NCBI GenBank assembly: GCA_951406725.2
Contig: OX597814.1
Span: 4,774,001-4,838,000 of the forward strand
Direction of reading: 5' to 3'
Length of the DNA stretch: 64,000 nt
Origin: Octopus vulgaris
Taxonomy: Eukaryota
Of the stretch, positions 26,761-42,195 are shown piece after piece. How positions within the stretch are numbered: the stretch's first letter is position 1; each line of letters opens with the position of its first letter. The position numbers were made by a program, and so were the translations under genes. The notes below the pieces were generated by a model. That model worked only from the letters and a program-made list of their open reading frames with translations. It had not been told where the DNA came from and ran no database searches.

Positions 26761-28049
26761 TTTTTTCTTCTTTCAAATTTGCTTCCATTTCTTGCCGAGT
26801 GTCTTCCCGACTCCTAGGGCAAAGAAACTCATAGTATACATTGGTAGGCCATTAAACCAAACTCAATAGTTCGTTCATTTTTCTTTTTTTTTTTAAGTTA
26901 AATTAAAATACATGAGCAGCAACAGTTCTCACATCGACAATGCTCTTCTCAATACGTGTGATGTACCAGTTAAGACAATCTTTTGCACTTCTTGCAGGGA
27001 TGGTAAGACAGGGATCATTCTCATATAATTTTCGGTTCCCTTCTTGATCATTCCTAGTGCTCCTACGATCACTGGTATTGTAACCGCCTTGAGATGCCAC
27101 ATTTTCTCAATTTCAATGAGTAGGTCTTTATATTTTCTGAGCTTGTCAAACTCTTTCGCTGAGATATTATGATCACAGGGGATGCTCATGTCGATCAATA
27201 AGCAAACTTTATTGTTTTGGTCTTTCACAACAATATCTGGTTTATTGGCCTTGATGGTTCGGTCTGTATGTATTGGAAAGTCCCACAGAATGGTTACATT
27301 TTCTCCTTCAGTTACAGCCTCAGGGTGGTGATTATACCACTTGTCGGCAGTTTTGATATTGTAATGCCGACTTATTAGCCAGTGGAGATATTGGCCAACT
27401 CTGTCATGTCTTAATTTATACTCCACTGGAGCTAAGACTTTACATCCAGAGATTAGGTGGTCCACTGTTTCAATCATGTCGTTGCAGAATCGGCATTTTG
27501 GGTCTGCTCCATTTTTCATCACATTGGCCTGGTAGTTCCGGGTTAATAGGCTTTGATCTTGAGCAGCCAGGATGAAACCTTCGCTCTCTGCTTTTAGCCC
27601 TGAGCTCCGTAGCCACTGATGGGTTTGCTTCTGGTCAACATCAGCTTGTTTGCTGCGGGTCACATATTTGCCGTGCAGAGGTTTCTCCTCCCACCTATCA
27701 GCCAATTGCTCGTGCCATTTTTTCGTTGCCATTATTTTCACCTTCTTTGCAACAATAATTGCCGTACTTCCCTCGGGTTGTTCTGTTTGGATATCCTGCA
27801 CGAGATCAATAGCAATTTTTTTCCTTTCCTTTATGATAGAATGAAGCTTCTTTCGTCTCTCGTGATTTTCCACGAGCTTTAGCATCCAGTCATTCGATAT
27901 TTCGAGATATTTGGCCAGTCCAATTGTGGTTGTTTTGTAAGCTAGTTCAAATTGGATCAGGCCTCGACCTCCTTGGGCTCTGGGAAGGTAAAGGCGATCT
28001 ACGTCTGCCTTTGGGTGGTGCATCCTATTACAACTCAGCAGCTTGCGTA

Positions 28050-28050
<1 letters not shown>
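26761..28050 (-). mobile_element. R4/Dong-type non-LTR retrotransposon (family A), 5'-truncated
   Basis: ORF 26929-28023 (364 aa): CCHC knuckle CRFC-x8-H-x4-C, RHD and KPDIVV...LIDMSIP restriction-like endonuclease motifs; ends in an (AAT)n tail. Confidence 0.92.
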
Positions 28051-28113
<63 letters not shown>

Positions 28114-28139
28114 ATTATTATTATTATTATTATCATAAT

Positions 28140-28405
28140 GATAAACAGCACATGACCTTGCAGGTGGGTTCCAGTTAGAATTTTCTTCAGGTTGAGTAGC
28201 CCATCCCGCTCAAAAGGTCCCTGAATAAGGATTGTTTAAGGATGTTGAAAGAACCACCCATGTTTCCAGAGGTGAATTATTCAAACCCCAAAGAATTCCT
28301 CTCAACACATGGCTATGATGCTCCCCCACTACTTCTGCTCTTGATCAGAGATGCACATATCGTCAGCCACTAAGGGACATGCTCAACTGGTTAAGGTCAA
28401 ACAAC
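28140..28405 (-). mobile_element. 555-bp TAA element, internal fragment
   Basis: Matches 3444-3710. Confidence 0.8.
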
Positions 28406-28499
28406 TTATTATCATTATTATTATTAAGTTTATTATTATTATTATTATTATTATTATCATTATTATTATTATTCATCATTATTATTATTATTATTATTA

Positions 28500-28611
<112 letters not shown>

Positions 28612-28620
28612 TATTATTAT

Positions 28621-29112
28621 TCAGTAGTTTTATTTTTATAGCGTGCTTTCACTTCACTACCGAGCGCAGCTCTGTGTGCCTTGGGTACGTGTTGTGATTT
28701 GTTGTGATGCTCTGATGGTTATTGTATGGAAAGTGTTCTGCGTAGGATGTGTGCAGTGCCTAGTAGTGCAATTTTCTGTATGTTATATGTGTTTGTGAGT
28801 CCTGGTGTTTTTGTTATGTATTTGTCTGAATATTTTTTTATCATGCCTAATGCAATTACTATGATAGGAATTGTTTCTGTTTTTAGATTCCACATTCTGG
28901 TTACCTCTATTTCCAGGTCTTTGTATTTTGAGAGTTTCTCCATTTCTTTTAGAGACACGTTGTCATCTGCCAGTATTGATACATGAATTAGAAAGCATTT
29001 TTTTCTTCATGATCTTTGACAACTATATCTGGTATGTTGGCCTTAATTTCTCTATCTGTGTGTATCGGCATATCCCAGAGTATGGTTGCTTTCTCTTTTT
29101 CTGTGACCTTAT
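28621..29112 (-). mobile_element. R4/Dong-type LINE (family B), short 3' fragment
   Basis: ILWDMPIHTDREIKANIPDIVVKD and EKLSKYKDLEIEV...LGTAHILRR in two frames; distinct 3' UTR. Confidence 0.85.
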
Positions 29113-29131
29113 TATCATTATAATTATTATT

Positions 29132-29681
29132 GAGTGAGAGAGCAGTGTATGCCATCAAAGTGACACTGGGGTCAAATATACGAAGCCCAATATACCCATC
29201 ATGACTACCCGTCTGATAAAGGTACACCAGACACATGCATCACAACCATATGTGCGCGACATGGTGATCTCATATCAAGATAAACAGCACATGACCTTGC
29301 AGGTGGGGCCCGGTTAGAATTTTCTTCAGGTTGAGTAGCCCATCCCGCTCAAAAGGTCCCTGAATAAGGGTTGTTTAAGAATGTTGAAAGAACCACCCAT
29401 GTTTCCAGAGGTGAATTATTCAAACCCCAAAGAATTCCTCTCAACACATGGCTATGATGCTCTCCCACTACTTCTGCTCGTGATCAGAGATGCACATATC
29501 GTCAGCCACTAAGGGACATGCTCAACTGGTTAAGGTCAAACAACTGACAAGCAAATCTGTGGTATTGAGCAGAATATTTGCTGTAGCCCATCTTTTATAC
29601 CAAGACAAAACAATATACATGATAACACTTCCAATCAGTTAAGATCAGAAGCCATGAGAGCCACTGCCTGGTACTGCATCA
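29132..29681 (-). mobile_element. 555-bp TAA element, near-full copy
   Basis: Matches 3298-3854. Confidence 0.85.
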
Positions 29682-29703
29682 TTTATTATTATTATTATTA
29701 TTA

Positions 29704-29735
<32 letters not shown>

Positions 29736-29743
29736 CATTATTA

Positions 29744-31333
<1,590 letters not shown>

Positions 31334-31366
31334 ATTATTATTATTATTTATTATTATTATTTATTA

Positions 31367-31411
<45 letters not shown>

Positions 31412-31623
31412 GGCAGTGAGTATTTCGTACGTTAGTTCAAATTCCGCCGGGGCCGACTTTCCCTTTCATCCTACGATCAATTTATAGCACCTTCTGGGTA
31501 TTTTTATTCAAAATCCCTGTTCACCATCAGGTCCTGCTGCTTTCCAATTGCTTATCTTTTTACTCATATATCAGATACTGTCTTTTGTAAAGTGGACAGC
31601 AATAGCTGGGGATAAGAAGTTCT

Positions 31624-32034
31624 GCACTCGATATATTATATTGCAAGCGAGGAGATGAGTCTCTACTATTTCCAGCTATCGAGACCACCAGACCGCGCGG
31701 TTTCGACCTCAGTGAAATATTTTCTTAAAGAGCTGGTTTGCTTGTTCCAAGATCGGTGAATCTGTGCCAATTATTTTCTATATATTTCAAGCTGGGGTGA
31801 CCTGCTGCGTTTAGCAGATGAGTATCCATCACCGAAGATGACCATAATAAGGTTGAAACTGTGCGGTCTGGTGGTCTCGATAGCTGGAACTGTAAGGAGT
31901 TCTCTCTCCGCTTGCAATATATGTCGAGTGCGGAGTGTACTGAGTGACCAGCTGGAAGAGGTGTCCTCCTCAGGTTAAAATAGGAGTATCGTCTGTTCTT
32001 AGAGAACACCCATGTTCAGGTGGCGATAAACATT

Positions 32035-32035
<1 letters not shown>
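31624..32035 (+). mobile_element. Hammerhead-bearing element with an inverted partial copy
   Basis: Hammerhead ccatca-CCGAAGA-tgaccataataaggtt-GAAA-ctgtgcgg-TC-tggtgg at 31826-31874; 31624-31709 is an inverted copy of 31850-31931. Confidence 0.65.
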
Positions 32036-32120
<85 letters not shown>

Positions 32121-32331
32121 ATTGTGTGCACATTTTGCTACGTCAGAGGTTGGTGGCCAGACCAGTGGTCGGGTCGAGCTGAAAATTGACACAAGCATAG
32201 AAGGCGTGATGAGGCATAGAGTTGAGTAGGTTAAAACTCGCCATCTGGAAAGATGCGGTTGCTATGGTGAGAATAGTGATTTTTATCGATTCAAGGGAGC
32301 TCTAAGCCCCTCCAGATTGGCGTGATTGGCA

Positions 32332-33141
32332 TCTAATCTAATCTATAAAATGAAGGCGAACGTTGATACAAATTTGATTTTTATGTAAAAAGGGGTTAAA
32401 TGGGGCTGGAAGGGGATTAAAATTTACAGAAGGGGGTAACGTGAGGTGAGAAATTGATTGGGAGACGTTTTGGGGCGCTAAGGTGGCTGCTTTGCTGTGA
32501 AAACAGGGATTTTATTGTTTTCTGGGGACACTTGGGGGTCTAGATTGGACACCTTTTGTCCGATTTGAATCGAATTTTCAACATGGTAAAGTGGAAGCGG
32601 AATTGTAATTTAAGCGCGAATAATGGGTTCGAAATTTTGAAAATTAAGGCAAGATTTTTGAAGTTGAAAAAATTTCTCATTTTTACGTATTTTTGCCTTT
32701 TATTTTTTATTGTTTACAGTTTATTTTTCTGAAAGAAATTTACAGCTACATGTAGCCCGTGTTTAGAACTTTCATTTGCAAGGTCAATCGTCGAAAAATT
32801 CCCAAAATAACTACTAAATTTAACAAAGAAATCCTTTTTTTCCTTATTTTTAATCTCTCAAATAATGGCACGTACAAAAGACAAGTGTGCTTTCCGTTGT
32901 CACTGCCTGATATTTATGATTGATCTTTCAAAATATTTTCTTTCTCAACTTACTCAAGGTCTTTTGTTTTTTTTATAAATGGGAGAGAGATAGATAGAGA
33001 AAGATAGAGAGTAAAAGGGAGAGTCCGAGACAAAGGAGAGAGAAACTAAGAGGGAGAATGCGGTGATAGGAAACAGAAAGGAAGCAACAGAAAGTAACAG
33101 CCACACCCTCACCCGCGCGTAGAGCGGGTCCCCTTAAGCTA

Positions 33142-33142
<1 letters not shown>
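32332..33142 (+). mobile_element. Non-autonomous Helitron
   Basis: A|TCTAATCT start; acccgc/gcgggt hairpin 33111-33129; CTAG|T end. Confidence 0.7.
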
Positions 33143-33185
<43 letters not shown>

Positions 33186-33234
33186 CTCGGTCGAGCGCTA
33201 CCTATAGATAATACTCATAGATAAGTCATTCTTG

Positions 33235-34160
33235 GGCATGTCTATAAAAAATATCCCGATCCCACCAAGGGATATATACATGGAACTCCTACTACAGAAG
33301 ACTAATGATTTCATCACTCAGACCTGGAATCTAATCACCTCGAACATTCTAATAAAAAGGACACTTAACACCTGAAGTCCCAAAAAAACCCACCCGCAAA
33401 CCTTGCATTGGCTAATTTTGAGAAAGATCTTCTACGTATGTTAAAAAACATGAAATTCTCTAATTATACTAATTCCTTCCAGAAAGAACTATCCAGTGTT
33501 ACATTTAAAATAAGAACTTCGCCACACCTGCATGTCTTCTCTGACAAAACTGGCAATCTTTACTCTGTTCCCTTGGAAACATTTCCTAATCTTATATCAA
33601 AGGAACTAAACACAAATTATGAGCATGCACATGGAAATGTTCTTAAGGAGATTAATAACAGCTATTGTGGTGTGGAAGCACTCCGTCGGTTACGACGACG
33701 AGGGTTCCGGTTGATCCGAATCAACGGAACAGCCTGCTCGTGAAATTAACGTGTAAGTGGCTGAGCACTCCACAGACACGTACACCCTTAACGTAGTTCT
33801 CGGGGATATTCAACGTGACACAGAGAGTGACAAGGCCGGCCCCTTGAAATACAGGTACAACAGAAACAGGAAGTAAGAGTGAGAGAAAGTTGTGGTGAAA
33901 GAGTATAGCAGGGATTACCACCATCCCCTGCCGGAGCCTCATGGAGCTTTAGGTGTTTTCGCTCAATAAACACCCACAACGCCCGGTCTGGGAATCGAAA
34001 CCGCGATCCTATGACCGCGAGTCCGCTGCCCTAACCACTGGGCCATTGCGCCTCCACAGCCATTGTAACCTCATTACTGATCTAAAGGTACTAAATAGAA
34101 TTGAACCATATACACCTAAAAACCCCTATTCCACACTGAAGGACCACGAACCCAACTTAC
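33235..34160 (+). pseudogene. Penelope-like retroelement ORF N-terminal relic, interrupted by a SINE
   Basis: SIKNIPIPPRDIYMELLLQKT and FEKDLLRMLKNMKF...HVFSDKTGNLY resemble Penelope-type N-terminal regions (recalled similarity, not aligned). Confidence 0.6.
33673..34057 (-). mobile_element. SINE family B
   Basis: Full copy; TSD-like acagctattgt / acagccattgt. Confidence 0.9.
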
Positions 34161-34688
34161 ACATGTATATTTTTTCCATTAAATGTATTTAATATTTTGT
34201 GTAAATCGACTAGCCTAACTTGTTTGTCATTACATTTACTCATCTACCGGCTCAAGTTCAAGTCTCTTGAGCATTTCAAAGTGATTTCTATATAGAGAAC
34301 ACTTATCTCTTACCTATATATATATATAGTGTTTAGGATAAATCCCAGCTGTTACCTGTTGAAGCACATCTGTGTATTCCATTATTAAAATCCAATATGT
34401 ATCCATTATTTCTGTATGTAAATGAAATGAAAATATACTTTAAATTTGAGAATTATGGAAATATTATTTGCTAAGTTATTGAATAAATAAAATGGGACAG
34501 TGGAAACTTTTGGGCATTATTTATTCTCCATTACACGTGTTTCATTTTCTAATAGGAATCACAGAGATTTACTTGTTAGATAGACACATAAGGAATTGCC
34601 TATCAGAGAAATCGTCAAACAGAAAATTTTATAATATTAGAAAATGAAACAAGTCTAATGGAGAATAAATAAGCCATTTTCCTATCTT

Positions 34689-34747
<59 letters not shown>

Positions 34748-34851
34748 CCGGAGTAAACACATAAATGTGAAACAAGGTGGAAAAAAGAGTACTCAAATAC
34801 CAGTGGTAGAGTAATATGCTTTATTTTAAGCAGCAGAAAATTCAACAAAAT

Positions 34852-34889
34852 CTGTTACTCTGAGTTTCTCGTTGCCGTTCATCAGACAG
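34852..34889 (-). ncRNA. Minimal type I hammerhead motif
   Basis: ctgt-CTGATGA-acg(gcaa)cga-GAAA-ctcagag-TA-acag. Confidence 0.75.
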
Positions 34890-35450
34890 TTTTTGCTAGA
34901 ATGGAACTTATATATTAATTCAATCTATACTCTTACAAACGCTACACCTTTAAAAAGAAATGGACTTGTTTGATTGGCCCTTTAGAAAAAACGGTCAATC
35001 TTCGAGCGATAAACAAAAAGGCCAAAGATATATGTATATATATATAAAAACTTATAAAAATTATATATAAAAAACTTATAAAAATTATAAAATCCGAGGA
35101 AAAAACCATTGACGTTAATGAAGACAGTGCAAATTAATGCATAGAAATTAAACCTGTTATAAATACTGCAATACATATTTATATTAAAATCTACATATAT
35201 ATATCAACATACACAAAAGGATGCGCGTAAACGCCATACATACATATACAGACGTATGAATATAAATTTAAATATACACATAAAAGCATGTGTACATATA
35301 TTCACGCAAACCGTCTCGCACGCAAGCTAAAATTCATCTATGTAGCAATTCTCATATACTGGGCAAGGAGGGAGAACGAAAGAAAGGGAGAGAGAGAAAA
35401 AAGGAACGAAGGAGGGGTGGGGAAAAAAACGAAATAAGCAGTGTAACGAG

Positions 35451-35529
<79 letters not shown>

Positions 35530-35549
35530 TGGGAATCTCGGATGTTTTT

Positions 35550-35634
35550 TCGGCTGATGAGTACGAGCCACCTATATTTACTGCAATTTTTGTAGCTTTA
35601 TTAAAGATGTCCTCGTACGAAACAATTATACCGA
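35550..35634 (+). ncRNA. Type I hammerhead motif in a ~260-bp element inside (TA)n
   Basis: tcgg-CTGATGA-gtacgag...ctcgtac-GAAA-caatta-TA-ccga; 7-bp perfect base of stem II. Confidence 0.75.
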
Positions 35635-35785
35635 TATATTGATCCATTCTTGTTGCTTTTTTCCTATTTGTAATCACCTCACTTTGTCGTATGGTTAACA
35701 CCAAATAGATTTCCGGTGCATCCAAGTTAAGTACCATATTCATGTGAATTCAATAGAACTCACTTGAATCTCAATTGCTTAAACC

Positions 35786-35843
<58 letters not shown>

Positions 35844-35848
35844 ATATA

Positions 35849-36670
35849 TACGAGGGGTACACAAAAGAAACCGGAATTTTGCAATATCCTTTTATTTATT
35901 TAGTTTTACATGTCTACACTTCTATCGCCTTCAAAGTATTCTCCATTTGAAGTAATGAATCGGTCCAGGCGCGTTTTCCAATGTTCGAAGCAGTCCTGGA
36001 ACTCTTGCGAAGTGATGCCTTTTAACGCCTCCATCGTTTTTTCTTCACTTCTTTCACATCTGCAAAACGTTTTCTTTTAAGGAATTTTTTTTTTTTTTCA
36101 TTTGGGGGAACAAAACTAAATGCCGCAGAGAGCAAGATTAGGTGAAATGGGAAAGTGGGTAGGCGGGGTTCACGCCGTTATGGGTTAAAACTGTCTCCCG
36201 CTCAAAGTGATAGGCACGAGCACATTGTCATGATGAAACCACAACTCTCCACTTTCTCGTTTCACCGCATCTCACAAACGCTTCAGAACTTCCGAGTAAA
36301 CTGTCTGGTTAACAGTTTGACCAGAAGGAACAAATTCTGTGCGGACAATTCCTTTCGCTCCGATGAGACAAATCAGCATCGCCTTGGCATTGGACTTCAC
36401 TTGACGCACTTTATGGCGGGGGGGCGTGTTGAGTTGAATGCTGCTTCGTTCCAGGGTCAGAGCCGTAGCAGCAGCTTTCATCAGCAGTGGTGACCTTCGA
36501 AAAATGATCCAGATCAACTTCCATCCGTTCTTTCAGTTCATGTCACGCATTCAGTCGTGACTGCTTTTCATCTTTCGTGAGCAAGCAAGGCACAAATGTT
36601 GCTGCAACTCTTTTTAATACTCGATTCCTTGTCCAAACTCGTTGGCAGGAGCCCCAGGACACGCTAATCA
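35849..36670 (-). mobile_element. Degenerate mariner transposon (3' part)
   Basis: TA + cgagggg TIR-like end; ORF KVRQVKSNAKAMLICL...GIVRTEFVPSGQTVNQTVYSEVLKRL. Confidence 0.8.
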
Positions 36671-36679
36671 TATCAACAA

Positions 36680-37183
36680 GTGCAACCAAGAGAATTACCC
36701 TCCATCAGGCATTTGCCATATTCTGAACGCCTTACTTCTTCCCTGGGCATGGACACATTGAAACTCCGACGTCTGGCAGCTGACTTGGCAGACACCTATA
36801 AAATTATCAACCATCGCACAAACAATAACTCTGAGTACCTTTTCAAACCCCACCCGTCTAACACCCATGGACATGTTTACAAAGTCAGAAAACAGCACAG
36901 CTCCTTCCATGACTTTCGGAAACATTTTTTCACGCTGAGAGTTGCTGAAGCATGGAACAAACTGCCGGCATCACTTGTTAGTTGTCAGAGCACTGCATCC
37001 TTCAAAACTTCCATGCTTCCTGAGATTCGCCAACACTACACCTGATTTTCTTCCCTCCATACACACGCAAGCATGTATCTGACTCATACACTGTTCACTT
37101 CCCAGACATTTTTACATTACTGTATATGCTTTATATGCACTTTTGACAAGTTGTGGTGCACCTGAGAACTGTATACAATAATT

Positions 37184-37190
<7 letters not shown>
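36680..37190 (+). mobile_element. CR1-type LINE 3' end
   Basis: YSERL...LGMDTLKLRRLAADL...FFTLRVAEAWNKLP; 3' UTR ending in (att)n. Confidence 0.85.
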
Positions 37191-37254
<64 letters not shown>

Positions 37255-37255
<1 letters not shown>

Positions 37256-39193
37256 TATGTTTGACTTTTGCTTTATGTCTGTACAAGTTGGCTCCAAGTC
37301 TCACCCAGAGACCTCAAGAGACAACAGGTTAGAAGTTCTGTGCCATATATTTGGGGTTTTTTGTTGTTTTTTTTTTTGGTGTTGTACTAGTGAATGTCTA
37401 ATACATAACAATTAAAAAATAAACAAAAAAAAATAATAAATAAAAATAAAAAAAAGTTTGTTTTAAACCTTGGGATTACATAGAGAGTATTTTGCGTAGG
37501 ATATGAGCAGTTCCCATGAGCACTATCTTTTGAATTTCTGCCATTTTGGGGTTTCCTGGTATCTGAGTTAGGTAGTAATCAGTCCCTTTCGCTATCATTC
37601 CCAGGGCACCTATGACAACAGGTATTGTTTTAGTCTTCAGCTTCCACATTTTGCTGATTTCTATTTCAAGATCTTTATATTTGCTCAGTTTTTGGTAGGT
37701 CTTGACAGATACGTTTATATCGATTGGGACAGTCATATCAATGAGGAGGCATGTTCTTTGTCTGAAGTCTTTCAATATGATGTCTGGCCTATTTGCATCT
37801 ATCTTCCTGTCAGTTTGAATGGTGAAGTTCCAGAGGAGTGAGATGTGGTCATTTTCAAGCACAGGAGGTGGATTGTGTTTCCACCAGTTTTTTTCATGGG
37901 GCAAATCCAGGTTTTTGCAAATTACCCAGTGAATATATTGTGCTGCTCTATCATGCCTACTGAGGTACTTTGTAGGCGCTAGAAGACTGCATTTGGAGAC
38001 AACATGGTCAATGGTTTCATTTTGTTGTCGGCATACACGACATGTTGGGCTACTGCCGTTCTTTAATATGTTGGCCTGGTAGTTTCTTGTTGGGAGGCAT
38101 TGATCTTGAGCTGCTATGATAAACCCCTCTGTTTCAGATTTTAAGCCAGAGGCCATTAGCCATTGATGGGTCAGGGCTTTGTCGATATCTGCATTATTCG
38201 CTCTCTTTGGGTATTTGCCATAGAGAGGTTTTTCTTGCCATTTATTATTCAGAATATCTAAGGCCGCAGTTTTGGCACGGGTTTTCATGCGCCTAGCTTT
38301 TTCTGTGTTTGTTTCTTGTATGTCTATCTCTAATTCCGAAATTGGTTGTATTCGGAATTCACTTAGATATTCCTTTGCCTGTTTTGTGACTGAGTATGAT
38401 GCTTTCTTGTTTTCATGTTTTGAGACAAGTTTTAACATCCAGTCCTCAGAGTTTTTCAGGTAGGTGTCTAGGCCAATTGTAGCAATCTTCATTGTTATTG
38501 CCAGTTGCAAAAGACCACGGCCTCCTCTTTTCTTGGCAGATAGAGTCGTTCTGTATCTGCCTTAGGGTGGTGCATTCTATACATTGTCAACAGTTTCCTT
38601 ATTTTTCTGTCGAGCTGACATATTTCAGTAATTGACCAGTTAACAATATTGAAACTATAAGTCACGACTGGTATGGCTAATGCATTGATCGCTTCGATCC
38701 TGTTTCTTGCATTCAGCTCTGTCTTGAGTATTGCTCTCACTCTTCGATAGCATTCTCTCCTGATCCTTTCCTTCATCTCTGAATGCCTTATTCCGTTCCC
38801 TTCAATTACCCCTAGGTACTTGTAGCTCTCCGCTGGGTCTAGTTCTTTTATGACATTCTGCTGGTCAAGGTTAACGTTAGATGTTTCTGTCATTTTTCCT
38901 TTGATAAAGGTAGCCTTTGAACATTTATCGAGGCCGAATTGCATTCTGATGTCGTCACTGAATTGTTTGACTATCGCTAGTAAGCCCTTGAGTTGTTGGT
39001 CATTTTTTGCAAAAGCTTTAAATCATCCATGTAAATGAGATGATTTATATTTTTATCAAACATTTTATACCCGTACTGCGCGTCATTGAGCAGCTTTGAG
39101 AGAGGTATTAAGGATAAACAAAAGAGGAGTGGTGACAGTGAGTCACCCTGGAAAATGCCACACGAAATTTTTACATCACCAGCATTTAGGGAT

Positions 39194-39195
<2 letters not shown>
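37255..39195 (-). mobile_element. R4/Dong-type LINE (family C), 5'-truncated, frameshifted
   Basis: RT motifs GIFQGDSLSPLLF and YMDDLKL, CCHC knuckle CRVC...H...C, RHD, RPDII...LIDMTVP; (att)n on both sides. Confidence 0.92.
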
Positions 39196-39269
<74 letters not shown>

Positions 39270-39375
39270 CAATTGTTCGGCAACGTCCCTCCAAGATCAG
39301 TTCATGAACTTCCATTATGTTTTCATTTGTTTGGGACGTCAAATGTTGTCCTGGGCGAGAAGTAGAAGTAATTAA

Positions 39376-39453
39376 TGTCTTACAGTTGTTTCTGGGATAT
39401 CCCAGGTGATGGGTCAGCATCCCATTACACTGGGTATTCCGTCATCAGAGACA
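39376..39453 (-). ncRNA. Type I hammerhead motif in a ~365-bp element (39270-39635)
   Basis: tgtct-CTGATGA-(branched stem II with cccag/ctggg)-GAAA-caactg-TA-agaca. Confidence 0.7.
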
Positions 39454-39640
39454 AAGTGTGTAAATAGGAAAGTTCCAGACAGAGAATTCCTCTAATGTAT
39501 ACCTTCTGACACGGAAACCTACTGCGGATCCCTAGCCCCAGCCTCTGCTGTGAACCTAGAACCTAACGGATGACCAATTATAGCACTTACGCAGCGTACC
39601 TATTCGTTTAGATCACCAGTGAACTAAACCCCTCATATTC

Positions 39641-39700
<60 letters not shown>

Positions 39701-39729
39701 ATATATATATATATTATATATATATACAT

Positions 39730-39814
<85 letters not shown>

Positions 39815-39977
39815 CACATACATATATGCATGTATATATATATGCACACATATACAGATATTTACATACATATCTACATACATAACATATGTATATATAT
39901 ATGTGTGTGTGTAGAGACAGACAGAAAGGGAGGTAGGCAGGCAGGCAGGAAAATAGATAGATAGATAAATAGGTAGG

Positions 39978-40052
<75 letters not shown>

Positions 40053-40229
40053 GTAGATAGATAGATAGGTAGATAGATAAGTTTCTTTATTGGCCACACA
40101 GGGCTGCACACAGATGGGACAAGTTACAAGGTAGAGCTTTTCTTTTGGGGGATGAAGAGAACAAAAAACAAAAGAAAAACAAAAGATATTTAGATAGATA
40201 GATAGATAGATATATATATATAGATATAT

Positions 40230-40294
<65 letters not shown>

Positions 40295-40299
40295 CAGAC

Positions 40300-40357
<58 letters not shown>

Positions 40358-40689
40358 GTAGGTAGGTAGATAGATAGATAGATAGATAGATAGGTAGGTA
40401 GGTAGGTAGGTAGGTAGATAAAGAGAGAGAGAAAGAGAAATACCGACAGATAAAGAGACAGACAGATAGAAATTGAATGTCTTTCTGTGCCTCTTTCACA
40501 CGTATAACACACACACACACATAGTGTCTTGTGTCTTGTGTATTCCATATTGTTGTGGTGCAGATGATTCGAGTAGAGGAGAGCAGTTGCTGCAACAGCA
40601 ACAGCAACAGCAACAGCAGCAGTAGTAGCAGCAGCATGCAACAAAAAGCAGCAGCAGCAGCACTAGCAGTAGCATTCGCATTAGTAGCG

Positions 40690-40757
<68 letters not shown>

Positions 40758-40791
40758 GGTGGTGGTAGTAGTAGTGGTGGTGGTGGTGGTG

Positions 40792-40865
<74 letters not shown>

Positions 40866-40902
40866 GGTGGTGGTAGTAGTAGTAGTGGTGGTGGTGGTGG
40901 TG

Positions 40903-40963
<61 letters not shown>

Positions 40964-41040
40964 TAGTAGTAGTAGTAGTGGTGGTGGTGGTGGTAGTAGT
41001 AGTGGTGGTGGTGGTGGTAGTAGTAGTGGTGGTGGTGGTG

Positions 41041-41081
<41 letters not shown>

Positions 41082-41085
41082 GGTG

Positions 41086-41138
<53 letters not shown>

Positions 41139-41142
41139 GGTG

Positions 41143-41188
<46 letters not shown>

Positions 41189-41265
41189 CAGTAGTAGTGG
41201 TGGTAGTAGTAGTGGTGGTGGTGGTGGTGGTGGTGGTGGTGGTTGTAGTAGTAGTAGTAGTAGAA
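40690..41265. repeat. (GTA/GTG)n compound trinucleotide repeat
   Basis: Direct inspection; a similar tract lies at 49580-49920. Confidence 0.95.
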
Positions 41266-41975
41266 GGTGCAACAAGAGCAGCAGTACTTGCAGCAACAAC
41301 AACAACAACAACAACAGCTGTGGCAACGACATTCGCGACGTCGATGTTTCGAGAGGACACCACGTGACTGAGGAGAGGGAGGAGGGGGGGTTTTGTAAAG
41401 GCTGCGGAAAAGATTCAATGAAGCTGACTCACCCACACACATTCAGTAGACACACACACACATACATGCATACATACATACATAACATACATACATACAC
41501 ACACACATACATACATACATTCGTGCTTACATACATACATACATACATACAAACATACAAACATACACACATACATACATACATACATACATACACACAT
41601 ACATACACACATACATACATACATACATACATAATATACATACATACATACATACACACACACATACATACATACATACATACATACATACATACATACA
41701 TACACACACATACATACATACACACACACATACATACATACATACATACATACATACATACATACATACACACACACACATACACACATACATACATACA
41801 TACATACGTGCTTACATACATACATACATAAATACATACATACATACATACATACATACATACATACATACATACATACATACATAAATACAGACACACA
41901 TACATACATACATACATACATACATACATACATACATACATACATACATACATACATACATACATACACACATAC

Positions 41976-42017
<42 letters not shown>

Positions 42018-42150
42018 GACAACACTAAACGTCCATTTGTTATAGTATGTGTATGTGTCTGTGAGTGCGTGTCCGTGTGTGTATGTGTGTGTGCGTGTGT
42101 CAGCGCATGTATATGTGTATGAGTGTGTGTGTGTGCTTGCAAGTGCGTGT

Positions 42151-42195
<45 letters not shown>

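Noticed and set aside
39714-41442. 549-aa poly-Thr ORF and overlapping poly-Val/His/Tyr ORFs
   Set aside because: Stop-free read-through of (GTA/GTG)n and (GATA)n microsatellites; no domain content
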